From Octopus bimaculoides (lineage: Eukaryota), in assembly GCF_001194135.2 (NCBI RefSeq), contig NC_068986.1:26648037-26684005 (forward strand): 35,969 bases of DNA, in the 5' to 3' direction. The notes below the pieces were generated by a model. That model searched no databases and was not told where the DNA came from. It saw nothing but the letters and a program-made list of their open reading frames with translations. The position numbers and the translations under genes were made by a program. The number at the start of each line of letters is the position of its first letter. The first letter of the stretch is position 1. Positions 10,511 through 21,420 of this stretch are shown here, piece by piece.

Positions 10511-10625
10511 GCTGTACACGTTTCATAACGTCCTGTGTCCACATATGCATCTCTCTCTTTCCTTTCCTGAGCGTCCAATAATACTATCCATATCACGTCC
10601 TCACTTTGTTGTTTTTTGTTTTTTT
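10510..10625 (+). mobile_element. Interspersed repeat fragment, possibly Penelope-like terminal-repeat derived
   Basis: AACGTCCTGTGTCCACATATGCAT and TTCCTGAGCGTCCAATAATAC...GTCCTCACTTTGTTGTTTTTT match the reverse complement of 34445-34590 and also 20690-20830. The Penelope assignment is inference. Confidence 0.45.
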
Positions 10626-10643
10626 GTTATTGTTTTTTTAAAC

Positions 10644-10703
<60 letters not shown>

Positions 10704-12224
10704 AATAAGAAAATGGAGCGGATCAATAGGTGGTATTCGTCAACTTATCGACATTATATTATGTCATATCTATTTATTTATTTAGTAAAAGGAGAATTAT
10801 AACAATATACATAGATATATGACATGTCATGCCTTACATATATAATATATAAAATATAAAATATAAAATATCAGTAATTATTAGAATATAACGTATAGCA
10901 ATAGAAATTGATAAATATATATGGTTATATATACAGCTTATGTTTGATACTAATGTTTGATTGGCAAATTCAACTCTCAAAACTCACTACATATGCTAGG
11001 CTTCACAATCACGATCTTTCTCATTCATGACATAACAAAACCTGTATTTCTAAAATTGAACCTCCTCGCTCTTTAAGGTCAAAAAGTACTTCAGCTCACA
11101 ACAATTGTTAATACTTCACGAGGATCGAGTGAAACCCAGGATGGAATACTGAGCCCACATCTAGGAAAATGCTGTTACTAACACACACAAAAATTTTAAA
11201 CTGCATCCAAAGGAAAAACTCTCCGACTAACTTGCAACTCATTAATTCATTCCAACCCCAAGCCTGCAGAAGTATTGCCTTATTCTGCTTTTCCAATCAC
11301 TGTTATATCATCTTTTTTTTTTTTCAGTTCTAACAAGTTGCATACACTTACGCCTAGATGCAGTTGACGCCGTCACTTCTTCTCCTTTCATCTTCCATAC
11401 TTGCAATATTACCCCACTTAGACACTTTGTCAATTGCTCTGCACGCTGTTTTCTAAACGTCAGCTTCTGAAATTCTGCCCACATTCTTTTCCTACAATCA
11501 TTGTCTACCCTTGACCTCTCGTCATTTTTTCTAATATCTTTTAAACACGTACGAATTCATTAACATCCATATATATCAGCATATTTAAAAAATATCAGCC
11601 ACTTAAAGCTTTAAAGATGACCAATTTTGGATTTATAGATTACGCATATGAAGCGAGATTAAATTATAACTGCTTACATATCAAATCCAAGAATAAAAAT
11701 GTGTAATTTGAAACAGATTGTCATTTGAAAATGTAACTGTGAACTTAGAAATTAATCAGACGTCTTTGGAGAAAAGAATCGATTTTCTTGTCGTCAATAC
11801 ACTTCTTGAAATCAAACAACTAACAAACTAACTGACCTAGCTAATATTGTAGCGTGATGCTTATTCCTTTTGTGCATGTGTTTGTGTTTTCAGTGAAACC
11901 ATCTTGTATTACTGGGGTAGATGAACGAAAACGATGCCCTAACAGATAAAACAAAACTGACGGAGATAAATTTCATAAATATTAAAATAAGAGGAGATCG
12001 TTATCCGGAGCAGCTGATGGTCGAGTCAATACACTAGCAGATAAGCAGCCAACATGTAGGCGTTTCATACCTTGTCACTGGCGCTTCGCTGTCTCTAGCT
12101 AAGACACACTTAACACTCAATGGCCCATTACAGCATGTAGTGGGGACCATAGGGTGTGATGGTTCACCGTTGTAAACAGCAAGAGCTGTGTGATAAATGA
12201 CGGATGTTTCATTAGCTAACGGTG

Positions 12225-12700
12225 CTGAGCTTGGTCAGCTCTAGCTGGAGAGGGTTGCTGCTGGAAGACTATGCGGGTGTGCCAGCAGGATTCGGCTCCT
12301 TGCTATGCTTTCGGAAGCAGTCAGAAATGGTTGTCAGACAATTTCTACAACTTGACCAGCCTCAATTTCTGACTAATCCCCTCGATTGTAATTCCATGAA
12401 TTACTATATGTGGGCGCAGTTGAGAAAAAACACCAACCACTCTGCCTGTAACAAGATCAAGGTGGTGGCCAAGATCAAGGAGTTGTTCGAAGATCTTCCA
12501 AGGCATATAATGAGGAACGCATGCACCAGATTCTGGAGCCGTCTCGAGGCTGTGATGTAAGTTGAGGATGGCTACTTTGAATAAACTGTTATCTCTCAGC
12601 CATAATCTAGTTGATACTTTTTGATTTAAAAAAATACTTTTGTCTATGAATGGGATATTGTTTCTTTTTATGCAAAACAGTCAAATTTAGCCCGGGCACC

Positions 12701-12705
<5 letters not shown>
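12225..12705 (+). mobile_element. Tc1/mariner DD37D (maT) transposase relic with right end
   Basis: QQDSAPCYA...KWLSDNF then, after a frameshift, NPLDCNSMNYYMWAQL...NACTRFWSRLEAVM*VEDGYFE*. About 37 residues separate the second and third catalytic positions. TIR-like end AAATTTAGCCCGGGCACCCAGTG. Confidence 0.8.
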
Positions 12706-12750
<45 letters not shown>

Positions 12751-12941
12751 GTGTGTGCGTGTGTATAATAGCAAATATAGGAGAAATTATGATAAACACC
12801 TGTTTTATATCATCTGTCCCCCCCACGTAGTTTCCCCATTGTGGGTATTTGCAAGCTCTGCATTTCTTGTTCCAAGAGCAATTTGATAGAGTCAACCACA
12901 ATAAACAATTGGAGCTAGATATCCAAGTATACACACAAGAG

Positions 12942-13001
<60 letters not shown>
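12703..13001. repeat. Two (GT)n microsatellites flanking about 170 bp of unique sequence
   Basis: (GT)n at 12703-12762 and 12946-13001. Confidence 0.9.
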
Positions 13002-13004
<3 letters not shown>

Positions 13005-13100
13005 TCCGATAAACGTGAAATTATCACTGCATTAAGTTGTACTCCGTTATAATGGTGCTCTGAAGAAAAGCGGATTTAAAGAGAATTGGGAGATATAGCG
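13002..13100 (+). pseudogene. Possible Penelope-like RT C-terminal fragment
   Basis: SSDKREIITALSCTPL then frameshift to YNGALKKSGFKE, resembling the SSD..F...P.YN.ALK.SGF motif of invertebrate Penelope ORFs. Short match. Confidence 0.4.
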
Positions 13101-13334
13101 ATATCCAGAAAAGAAAAAAAATCATGGCTGTCCTACGACGAAACAACAAGCACAGCTCGGACAACACTATTAAAGAAGATAAAATATATGACTGGTGTCC
13201 CTGTTAAGAATTCAAACCCTGCAACAATTGCTCTTGAACATCCGAGGAACGAGAAACCAGGAGCAGTTACGGAGGGAAGATTTAGCTTCGAAAAAGAATC
13301 AATAAACACAATATGTAAATAAAAGGAAAAATAA

Positions 13335-13490
13335 TTGTTTCTAATTTAAGCACAAGGTCAACGATTTTGAGCAGAAGGGATGAAAGAGAAAGTTAACTTT
13401 GGTGGTTTTCGAACTCGAAATGTGAAGGGCCGGAAGAAATACCACAAAGTATTTTGTGTGACGCTAACTATACTGTACATTCACCGCCCT
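13335..13490 (-). mobile_element. Internally deleted SINE family S2
   Basis: GCACAAGGTCAACGATTTTG joined to GGATGAAAGAGAAAGTTAACTTTGGTGG...GAACTCG...GAAATACC...CATTCACCGCC. Confidence 0.6.
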
Positions 13491-13714
13491 TAATAAATTT
13501 CTGTTTTTCTCTTCACACACACACGTATACTCATACACAAACGCGCGTAATATGTTCCAAGGTTGCTTTTGTCGGCGAATGAAGAGAGCATTTAAGATTA
13601 TGTTGTAAAGTCCATTTTTTATTTATACTTCAATTCCTTTCTCGTGGCTCAAATTTCACGCCTGACGATCGGTGTGGCGTGAAACTCAAGTCGAGTTAGA
13701 AAGTAACTCAGTTT

Positions 13715-13851
13715 AAATAATATATACATACGTACATACATTGAGTGTATGTGTGTGCGTGTGTGTGGAGAGAGAGAGGGAGAGAGAGAAGAGGAAAACA
13801 AGTAGAGAGATAGATACATACTCACACACACAAACACATACATGCGCGCGC

Positions 13852-13885
<34 letters not shown>

Positions 13886-13935
13886 GTGCATGCACACACA
13901 CAGAGACACGCACGCACACATAAACACACACACAG
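13715..13935. repeat. Compound (TA)/(GT)/(GA)/(CG)/(CA) microsatellite including an alternating purine-pyrimidine tract
   Basis: ATGCGCGCGCGCGTGCGCGCGCGCACACACAC... at about 13842-13900. Confidence 0.9.
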
Positions 13936-14445
13936 ATTCACGAAGTCACACAAGGAAATAGAGAGAATCGAGAGAGAAGTGAATGCTTTCGATAGAGTCT
14001 CTCCCGCACTCAGCCTACAAGAGAAACATTCTCCATAAAATCATTATAAAAAAAAAAAAACAAATCGTTTCACTTACCGAGTGTGGGATTTATTACAAAA
14101 TATTTTCTCATTTTGGGGTAGTAGCTTAGGCAATTTGCTATATGTAGAACCAGATTGAATATTCGGACCCACTCCTGTGCAGTAACGACAATCCGTCTTG
14201 TGTTATTTATAATTATAGCTGATTTATTCTGAACCGTCAGTTAACTATAAACCAAAAGTTTAGTACCTTCTAACAGTTTAACTATCACAGCTTGAATTTT
14301 CTCTCTCCCTCTCTCTTCTTTCAAAGTAATCTCACGTAACAATGAAACAAGTTCGACTGCATTCTACTTGCTAGCTGATATCTCAACGTTTATGTTATAA
14401 ATTATCTCAAGGAAATTAAACATAAGGCTTTTTTTTTCTTCTTTT

Positions 14446-14485
<40 letters not shown>

Positions 14486-14572
14486 GCAATGATTGAAGAA
14501 GAAAATATAGAATTAGCTAAGTCGGTTTTTTTTCTCTCCCCTAGTGTCATCCGTTTTATAATGGTGACGTTT

Positions 14573-15010
14573 GTAAAAGTATTGGATACATACTGCATTA
14601 GTCGGATATGAAGACCGCTAGTAAGAGGATTGAATACATATCCAATTAATGAGAGTATAGGTAACTATCTCCATTATTGGTTACAGAAACAATTTAATAA
14701 GAGTATTGCATACAGTCACATTAGTAAAACTATTGGAAACAATCACGTCAGTAAGAATGTTGCATATAAAGGCCAACAGTAAGAGTTTTGGATATACATT
14801 TTACTGGTAAAAGTACGGGATGCAGTTACCATTAATGAGAGTATTTGCATACGATCATATCAGTAAGAGTATTGGCTGTAACACTATTAGTAAAAGTATT
14901 TGATACAAAGTCAATTAGTACGAGTACTGGATAATTATTCCATTAGTTTGAGTACTGGATGTATATTCCATTAGTAAGAGTATTATAAACAAATGCTATG
15001 GGTAAAAAAA
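14573..15010 (+). repeat. Degenerate ~28-bp minisatellite, about 16 units
   Basis: Consensus approximately GTAAGAGTATTGGATACATATTCCATTA. Units are 27-28 bp with two 20-bp units. Confidence 0.85.
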
Positions 15011-15014
15011 TATT

Positions 15015-15226
15015 TATTTCTTTATTGCCTACAAGGGGCTAAACATAGCGGGGACAAACAAGGACAGACAAAGGGATTAAGTCGATTACATTGACCCCCA
15101 GTGCGTAACTGGTACTTATTTAATCGACCCCGAAAGGATGAAAGGCAAAGTCGACCTCGGCGGAATTTGAACTCAGAACGTAGCGGCAGACGAAATACCT
15201 ATTTCTTTATTACCCAAAAAGGGCTA
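15015..15226 (-). mobile_element. Young 5'-truncated SINE family S2 variant with a duplicated tail
   Basis: Clean match to the S2 body (ATCGACCCCGAAAGGATGAAAGGCAAAGTCGACCTCGGCGGAATTTGAACTCAGAACGT). 15015-15041 is repeated at 15200-15226 (23/27 identical). Confidence 0.9.
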
Positions 15227-15878
15227 TACAAAGAATTTTTAAGACATCACAAAACATAAAGACGGTACAAAACGCAACAAACATAAAATCGGGGAACTAA
15301 AAATTACAAAAGCGAATGATAATAGTAGAAGAAAAATTAAAATAAAATGATAATATGCAAAAATGAAAAAAGAAAAAATGAGGCGCAATGTCCACTCGAA
15401 CCCCGAAGTCGGGTGGTTACATTTATCCAGTTTTTTCACTTTTACGTTCAACATCATGTAGACATTATAACGGTTTTGCAAGTCAAAAAATTGAAACACT
15501 CGCGTTACTTTTCTCCCATTAACCACTGTTACTTCCGTCCTTATCAACTGCAAATAATCAGTTCTAATCATACCCGTTTCGTTGTTATATTTTCACCAAG
15601 TTCTTTTATGTACTCCCAGTAGTTTTCCTCGTGTATCAAAATGCATTTCTCAGTACATTTCTCCGACATCTTCACTCTTATTATTTCCTCCAACTTCGCG
15701 ACTTTTCTCTCCATCTGCTCGCACTTCTCTTACTTTATCAAAACTCCCTTGTATTTGAAATATGTGTGTAAGGGTATATATTTTTATACATGTATAAGAT
15801 AGATATATACATACACACACATATATATGTATGCATACGTATGTATCTACCTTATACATGTATATATCTATCTATACA

Positions 15879-16258
15879 TTCTTTTACTTTTATTCTTGTT
15901 TCAATCATTTGACTGCGGTCATGCTGGAGCACCAACTTTAGTCGAACAAATTCACCCCCAGCCTTGTAAGCCTAGTACTTATTCTATTGGTCTCTTTTGC
16001 CGAACCACTAAGTTCGGGAACGTAAACACACCAACATCGGTTTTCAAGCGATGGTTGGGGAACAAACTTAGATACACAAATACATACATATATACACGAC
16101 AAGCTTCTCTCAGTTTCCGTCTACCAATTCCACTCGCGAGGCTTTGGTCGGCCCGAGGCTATAGTAGAAGACACTTGCCCAAGGTGCCATGCAGTGGGAC
16201 TGAACCCGGAACCATGTGGTTGTGAAGCAAGCTTCTTACACACAGCCACTCCTGCGCC
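15879..16258 (-). mobile_element. Near full-length tRNA-derived SINE family S1
   Basis: Minus-strand head GGCGCAGGAGTGGCTGTGTG...GGTTCCGGGTTCAGTCCC (A/B boxes), GGCACCTTGGGCAAGTGTCTT, internal microsatellite and AGTAAAAGAA tail. Confidence 0.9.
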
Positions 16259-16397
16259 TATACATATATATTTGTATTGCTATATATGTATGTATATGTG
16301 TTGGTGTACACACATGCACACACACAAACCCACCCACACACATATACACAAAATTAGAGTTAACAGCTTTTGTTTTTAGATGTTTTGTACGCTACAG

Positions 16398-16770
16398 TGG
16401 AGGCGCAATGGCCCAGTGGTTAGGGCAGCGGACTCGTGGTCGTAGGATCGCGGTTTCGATTCCCAGACCGGGCGTTGTGAGTGTTTATTGAGCGAAAACA
16501 CCTAAAGTTCCACGAGGCTCCGGCAGGGGATGGTGGCGAACCCTGCTGTACTCTCTCACCCTTTCTTCCTGCTTCTGTTGTACCTGTATTTCAAAGGGCC
16601 AGCCTTGTCACACTCTGTGTCACGCTGAATCTCCCCCGAGAACTACGTTAAGGGTACACGTGTCTGTGGAGTGCTCAGCCACTTGCACGTTAATTTCACA
16701 AGCAGGCTGTTCTGTTGATCGGATCAACTGGAACCCTCGTCGTCGTAATCGACGGAGTGCCAACATCAAT
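16398..16770 (+). mobile_element. Full-length young tRNA-derived SINE family S3
   Basis: TGGAGGCGCAATGGCCCAGTGGTTAGGGCAGCGGACTCG...GGTTTCGATTCCC (A/B boxes), body, and GACGGAGTGCCAACA tail. High identity to 19113-19495 and 32613-32928. Confidence 0.95.
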
Positions 16771-16887
16771 GTTTGTATGTATGTATGTACACTGCACGAC
16801 TTGTACCAAGACTGTTTCAGTCTCGTTTCTATGAATTTCTCTTCATTTTCGTATGTGTTCCTCGCAGTTTGTTTGAAACACTAAACC

Positions 16888-17177
16888 TTTTTTTACTCTT
16901 TTATAGTCGAGCAAATCGATCCCAGGACTTATTCTTTGGAAGCCTAGTATTTATTCTATCGGGCTCTTTTGCCGAACCGCTAGCTTACGGGGACATAAAC
17001 ATATACCAGCATATACGATGGGCTTCTTCCAGTTTCCATCTACCAAATCCACTCGCAAGGCTTTGGTCGGCCCGAGGCTATAGTAGAAGACACTCGCCCA
17101 AGGTGCCACGCAGTGGGACTGAACCCGGGACCATGTGGCTGTAAGCAAGCTACTTACCACACAGCCACTCCTGCGCC
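16888..17177 (-). mobile_element. SINE family S1, internally shortened
   Basis: Very similar to 16080-16258 over the head. Lacks the internal microsatellite segment. Confidence 0.9.
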
Positions 17178-17375
17178 TAATTTGGCACAAGGCCAGTATT
17201 TCGGGGTAGGAGATAGGGCGATTGCATCAACCCCAGTGCTCCACTGTTACTCATTTTATCGACCCCAAAAGGATGAAAGGTAATGTTGACATCAGCGGGA
17301 TTTGAACTCAGAACGTAAAAACAGACGAAATACCGCTAAGCATTTTTCCCGGCGTGCCAACGATTCTGCCAGCTC
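17178..17375 (-). mobile_element. SINE family S2 directly abutting S1
   Basis: GGCACAAGGCCAG...ATCGACCCCAAAAGGATGAAAGG...GAACTCAGAACGT...GACGAAATACCGCTAAGCATT...CGATTCTGCCAGCTC. Confidence 0.9.
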
Positions 17376-18039
17376 AAAGTTTTCGACACGTTAATGAGTT
17401 GAAGTCACTGCATGTGTTGGCATATGTTGCAGCCCCTTTATAGAAGTTAGATCTAGGTGATTGATCCAATAGACGTTACTGGAATTTGAATTTTGACGTA
17501 TGGATGTATACGTCGTCACGTGTTTGTTCTTGTTTGTGACTAGAATATGTTGTTTGTGCGTTTATTTTAACCACTGCACTGTGGTGTAAGCACTGCTTCG
17601 ATCATTAACAGTCAGCCAACATTAGATAGAACTGAAATTGGTTCAAATGCTTACAGCAGCCTGAACTCCGTTAAAACCATTCAAAGGCTATATAGGGTGG
17701 TATCGAACCAGCTCTATAACCTTAGCGTTGCATCCCTAAGCTACATATTCCATTTCATTATTTTTATTGGCTTTTCACTTGCATTAGAGAATTTAATTTC
17801 ATGGATTTTTCTTTTTTTTTTTGTTTTAATTATTTTGGTCTTTAGTTTTCTCATATATTCACTTCATCGTTCGAATATAAGCGCATGCGTCACAGCTAAG
17901 ACAGGTGCATAGCATAAACGCAGATAAAGCGAGAGAAATGAGGACACACACACACAAACAGACATACAGACAGACCGATTTCTCTTTTTTTCTTTCCTTT
18001 CCTTCAGATTTCTCAAGTCCTCTTACCAACTCCAACAGA

Positions 18040-18262
18040 GAACTAAAGCAACTCGAGCTAACGATAGACCCTCCACATAGACGCTTGCCTTGCTAGGAAT
18101 AGCAACCAAATCTTCAAATTACATTCTACCATCTTAAAAACATACAAGGACACATTCGATACACCTGACAAAAAATGCAAGATGGTGGAAGGTTAGAGCG
18201 ATTTTGGACATAAATCTATTCGAAGAGGGCTGGCCTGAGGCTAAGAAGCAACAACTATACAA
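18040..18262 (+). mobile_element. (CAA)n-tailed interspersed repeat, family S5
   Basis: TGCTAGGAATAGCAACCAAATC...ACCATCTTAAAAA...GGACACATTCGATA...GCTAAGAAGCAACAAC. Confidence 0.6.
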
Positions 18263-18577
18263 ACTTGTCGAGCTTTAAATGACACTTTTTTCTCAATGGT
18301 TTGTACTGCCGGGATGCACCTTCAGTTTGCCGACCCATCTACGAAAAGCACGTCGTAATACGCATCAACAGTACAGCACTATAAAAATGCTAAGGGTGGT
18401 GGTGGAGACGAGGCTAGAGGCAACACCATCACACACACACACATGCCACCTTTTAGCTACGCTTGTTTGTCACCTTGCGTATCTATTTGACATACGTTCT
18501 TCTATGACAGCATCTACCTTTAGGTAATTTAACAGATTCTCAAACAGAATATCTACCAACTACAATTCACTGATTCC

Positions 18578-18757
18578 ACGGCCAGAAAATGCTTAGCGGC
18601 ATTTCGTCCGTCTTTACGTTCTGAGTTCAAATTCCACCGAGGTCGAATTTGCCTTTCATCCTTTCGTAGTCGATAAGTTCAGTGAAGCAATGGGGTCGAT
18701 GTAATCGACGAGTAGCCCTCTCCCAAAAGTTCAGGCTTTGTGTCTTTAGTAAAAAGG
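18578..18757 (+). mobile_element. 5'-truncated SINE family S2
   Basis: AAAATGCTTAGCGGCATTTCGTCCGTCTTTACGTTCTGAGTTCAAATTCC...GCCTTTCATCCTTTCG, ending in a triplet tail. Confidence 0.9.
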
Positions 18758-18880
<123 letters not shown>

Positions 18881-18883
18881 ATA

Positions 18884-19100
18884 AGGCGGGGAGCTGGCAG
18901 ACTCGTTAGCACATTGAGCAAAATGTTTAGCGGCATTTCGTCCGTCTTTACGTTCTGAGTTCAAATTCTGCAAAGGTCGACTTTACCTTTCATCCTTCCA
19001 GGGTCGATAAAATAAGTACCAGTTGTACACTGGGGTCGATATCATAGACTCACACCCTCCCCCGAACTTGCTGGCCTTGTGCCGAAAATTTGAAACCGTT
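18884..19100 (+). mobile_element. Full-length SINE family S2
   Basis: GGCGGGGAGCTGGCAGACTCGTTAGC...GAGTTCAAATTC...TTTCATCCTTCCAGGGTCGATAAAATAAGTACCAG...GCTGGCCTTGTGCCGAAAATTTGAAACC. Confidence 0.92.
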
Positions 19101-19112
19101 ATTATACGTCTA

Positions 19113-19495
19113 TTGTTGTTGTTGGCACTCCGTCGCTTACGACGTCGAGGGTTCCAGTTGATCCGATCAACGGAACAGCCTGCTCGTGAAATTAACGTGC
19201 AAATGGCTGAGCACTCCACAGACACGTGTACCCTTAACGTAGTTCTCGGGGATATTCAGCGTGACACAGTGTGACAAGGCTGACCCTTTGAATTACAGGT
19301 ACAACAGAAAAAAGAGTGCGAGAAAGTTGTGGTGAAAGAATACAGCAGGGTTCGCCACCATCGCCTGCCGGAACCTCGTGGAGCTTTAGGTGTTTTCGCT
19401 CAATAAACACTCACAACGCCCGGTCTGGGAATCGAAACCGCGATCCTATGACCGCGAGTCCGCTGCTCTAACCACTGGGCCATTGCGCCTCCACC
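19113..19495 (-). mobile_element. Full-length young SINE family S3 with a 12-bp TSD
   Basis: Reverse complement of 16398-16770 with a (CAA)n tail. TSD TATACGTCTATT at 19103-19114 and 19496-19507. Confidence 0.95.
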
Positions 19496-19510
19496 TATAC
19501 GTCTATTATA

Positions 19511-19700
19511 AGCCGGATAAAATGTTTAGCAGCATTTCTTCTGGATTTACGTTCTAAGTTCAAGTGCTGACGAAGTCGATTCTGCCTTTCATCCTTTCGG
19601 AGTTTATAAAATAAGTACCAGTGAAGCACTAAGATCGATCTAATCAACAAGCTCCCTCTCCCAAAATTTTCGGCCTTGTGCCTATAGTAGATCGCATTGT
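19511..19700 (+). mobile_element. 5'-truncated SINE family S2
   Basis: AAAATGTTTAGCAGCATTTC...TTTACGTTCTAAGTTCAAG...GCCTTTCATCCTTTCGG...GGCCTTGTGCCTATAGTAGA. Confidence 0.8.
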
Positions 19701-19884
19701 TTACATAGACATATTCGTATACGAAACGTCGTAACTTTCAGTACTGGCTCTAATTTCTGTAAAAAAAAACCTGTAGAGACCCACTTCAAAATAAAAACAA
19801 CGCACTAGCACAAAGTAGGATTCATTATTGACTTATAAACCTTTAATATACTTGGCAGTAGATTATGATTGCAAAACAAAATAG

Positions 19885-19990
19885 TGTCCCTCCCTCTCTC
19901 TCTCTTCCTCTCTCTTTCTTTCACTCTCTCTCTTTCTCTCTCTTTCTTCTCTCTCTCTTCTTCTCTCTCTCTCTCTCTCTCTCTCTATCG
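19885..19990. repeat. (CT)n polypyrimidine microsatellite
   Basis: Direct repeat. Confidence 0.9.
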
Positions 19991-20455
19991 CTGGGTAACC
20001 ATCTATCACCTCCATAGCAAGACACCTGTTTCTGCCTCTCTGTTTCTCTCCCACATTCTAACCTTTCATCATTTGACACCGGATCACCTCCCCCAGAGCC
20101 CCCCCTTCCTTATAGCAAGACATCTACTTCTGCCTCTCTGTCACACTCTAACTTTTTATCCTCTGACGCAATTTCCCTCCTTAAATTCCCCTGCCCCTCT
20201 CAAAATTCCTCAGTCTTGCGAGTTACTTGGTGCTAGTGCCACGTAAAAGGCACCGAGTTCACTCTGCAGAGAGGTTGGTGTTAGGAATGGCATCAAGCCG
20301 TATAAAAAAAAACCCCTGCCAAAACAGACACAGTAACCTGGAGCAGTCTTCTACCTGGCCGGCTCCTGTCAACCGTCCTATTCATATATGCATGGAAGAC
20401 GAACGTTAAACGATGATGATGATGATGACGATGACGACGACGATGATGATGATGG
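19990..20455 (+). mobile_element. (GAT)n-tailed retroposon family S4
   Basis: GTGCCACGTAAAAGGCACC...GTTGGTGTTAGGAATGGCATCAAGCCGTA...GAACGTTAAACGATGATGATG. Internal ~55-bp direct repeat at about 20015 and 20112. Confidence 0.8.
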
Positions 20456-20689
20456 TGACATATCTTCACACACTCAAACATACGCCAGATAGTCTCACAC
20501 ACATAAACACACAGAGTACGTACGTAATGCTTCATACACATACACGTACTTGTTAGCACGCACGCGCGCTCTTACTTTCACACCTGTGCCAGGTCTCTGC
20601 TGTCTCCCCGGTCACCCACACCCCAAACCTATTTCTTCCCTCTTTCAGTCATTTTAGCATGCGGTACACTTTAATTCAGACACGTTTGC

Positions 20690-20830
20690 TTTTTTCTCTC
20701 TTCATCCATGTTTTCCGTGGAAGATCATAGGCTTCAAACGTTAAAAACTTCATCCAGTTTTCTTTAGCATTACCCTAATACACCTTGTTTGTTTTTTGCC
20801 TCGTCTTCATGTTTTTCGTTGTATCATATA
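20690..20830 (+). mobile_element. Penelope-like terminal-repeat relic (same family as 10510-10625 and 34445-34590)
   Basis: AGCATTACCCTAATACACCTTGTTTG...CCTCGTCTTCATGTTTTTCG aligns with the reverse complement of 34500-34590. Confidence 0.4.
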
Positions 20831-20831
20831 T

Positions 20832-20871
<40 letters not shown>

Positions 20872-21020
20872 ATATGTGTATATATANNNNNNNNNNNNNN
20901 NNNNNNNNNNNNNNNNNNNNNNNNNNNNNNNNNNNNNNNNNNNNNNNNNNNNNNNNNNNNNNNNNNNNNNNNNNNNNNNNNNNNNNNNNNNNNNNNNNNN
21001 NNNNNNNNNNNNNATATATA

Positions 21021-21052
<32 letters not shown>

Positions 21053-21136
21053 GATACATACATAGATACATACATACATACATATATAAACATATATATG
21101 TGTGTATATATATTTACACACACACACACACACACG

Positions 21137-21420
21137 GCGTGATCGGTTCGACGGGAACTAACGAGCCAGAGGGCTTCACCGAACGCCAATATCTGCTTTG
21201 GCATGGTTTCTACACCTGGACGCCCTTCCTAATGCCAATCACTTTAAGGAGTGTACTAGTACGTTTTTCCTGGCACTAGCACTGGTGAGGTCACCAAGTA
21301 TTCACAAGACAAGGCCCCCTCAACTGGGTCGGGTATAGCACTGAAACATGTCGAAGTATGATAGGAGGACAAGAACAGGTGTCTTGCCAAAAAGGAGAGT
21401 ACATAGCTTCTCCATCTGGA
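21137..21420 (-). mobile_element. Retroposon family S4 fragment
   Basis: TTGGCATGGTTTCTACACCTGGACGCCCTTCCTAATGCCAATCAC...GGCACTAGCACTGGTGAGGTCACCAAGTA. Confidence 0.75.

Noticed and set aside
11310-11480. Strong-looking splice acceptors at 11327, 11893 and 20648
   Set aside because: Downstream frames close quickly or encode nothing recognisable, and no convincing donors follow.
14573-15010. CRISPR-like repeat-spacer array
   Set aside because: The units are contiguous degenerate monomers without unique spacers, the context is eukaryotic, and no cas genes are present.
15240-15760. Purine-rich minus-strand stretch as a LINE or host coding relic
   Set aside because: It has many stops and no motif I can assign to a family.
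16398-16475. tRNA genes (also at 4040-4110, 19420-19495 and 32855-32928)
   Set aside because: A/B boxes are present, but the sequence runs into multi-copy SINE bodies with no proper acceptor stem. These are SINE heads.
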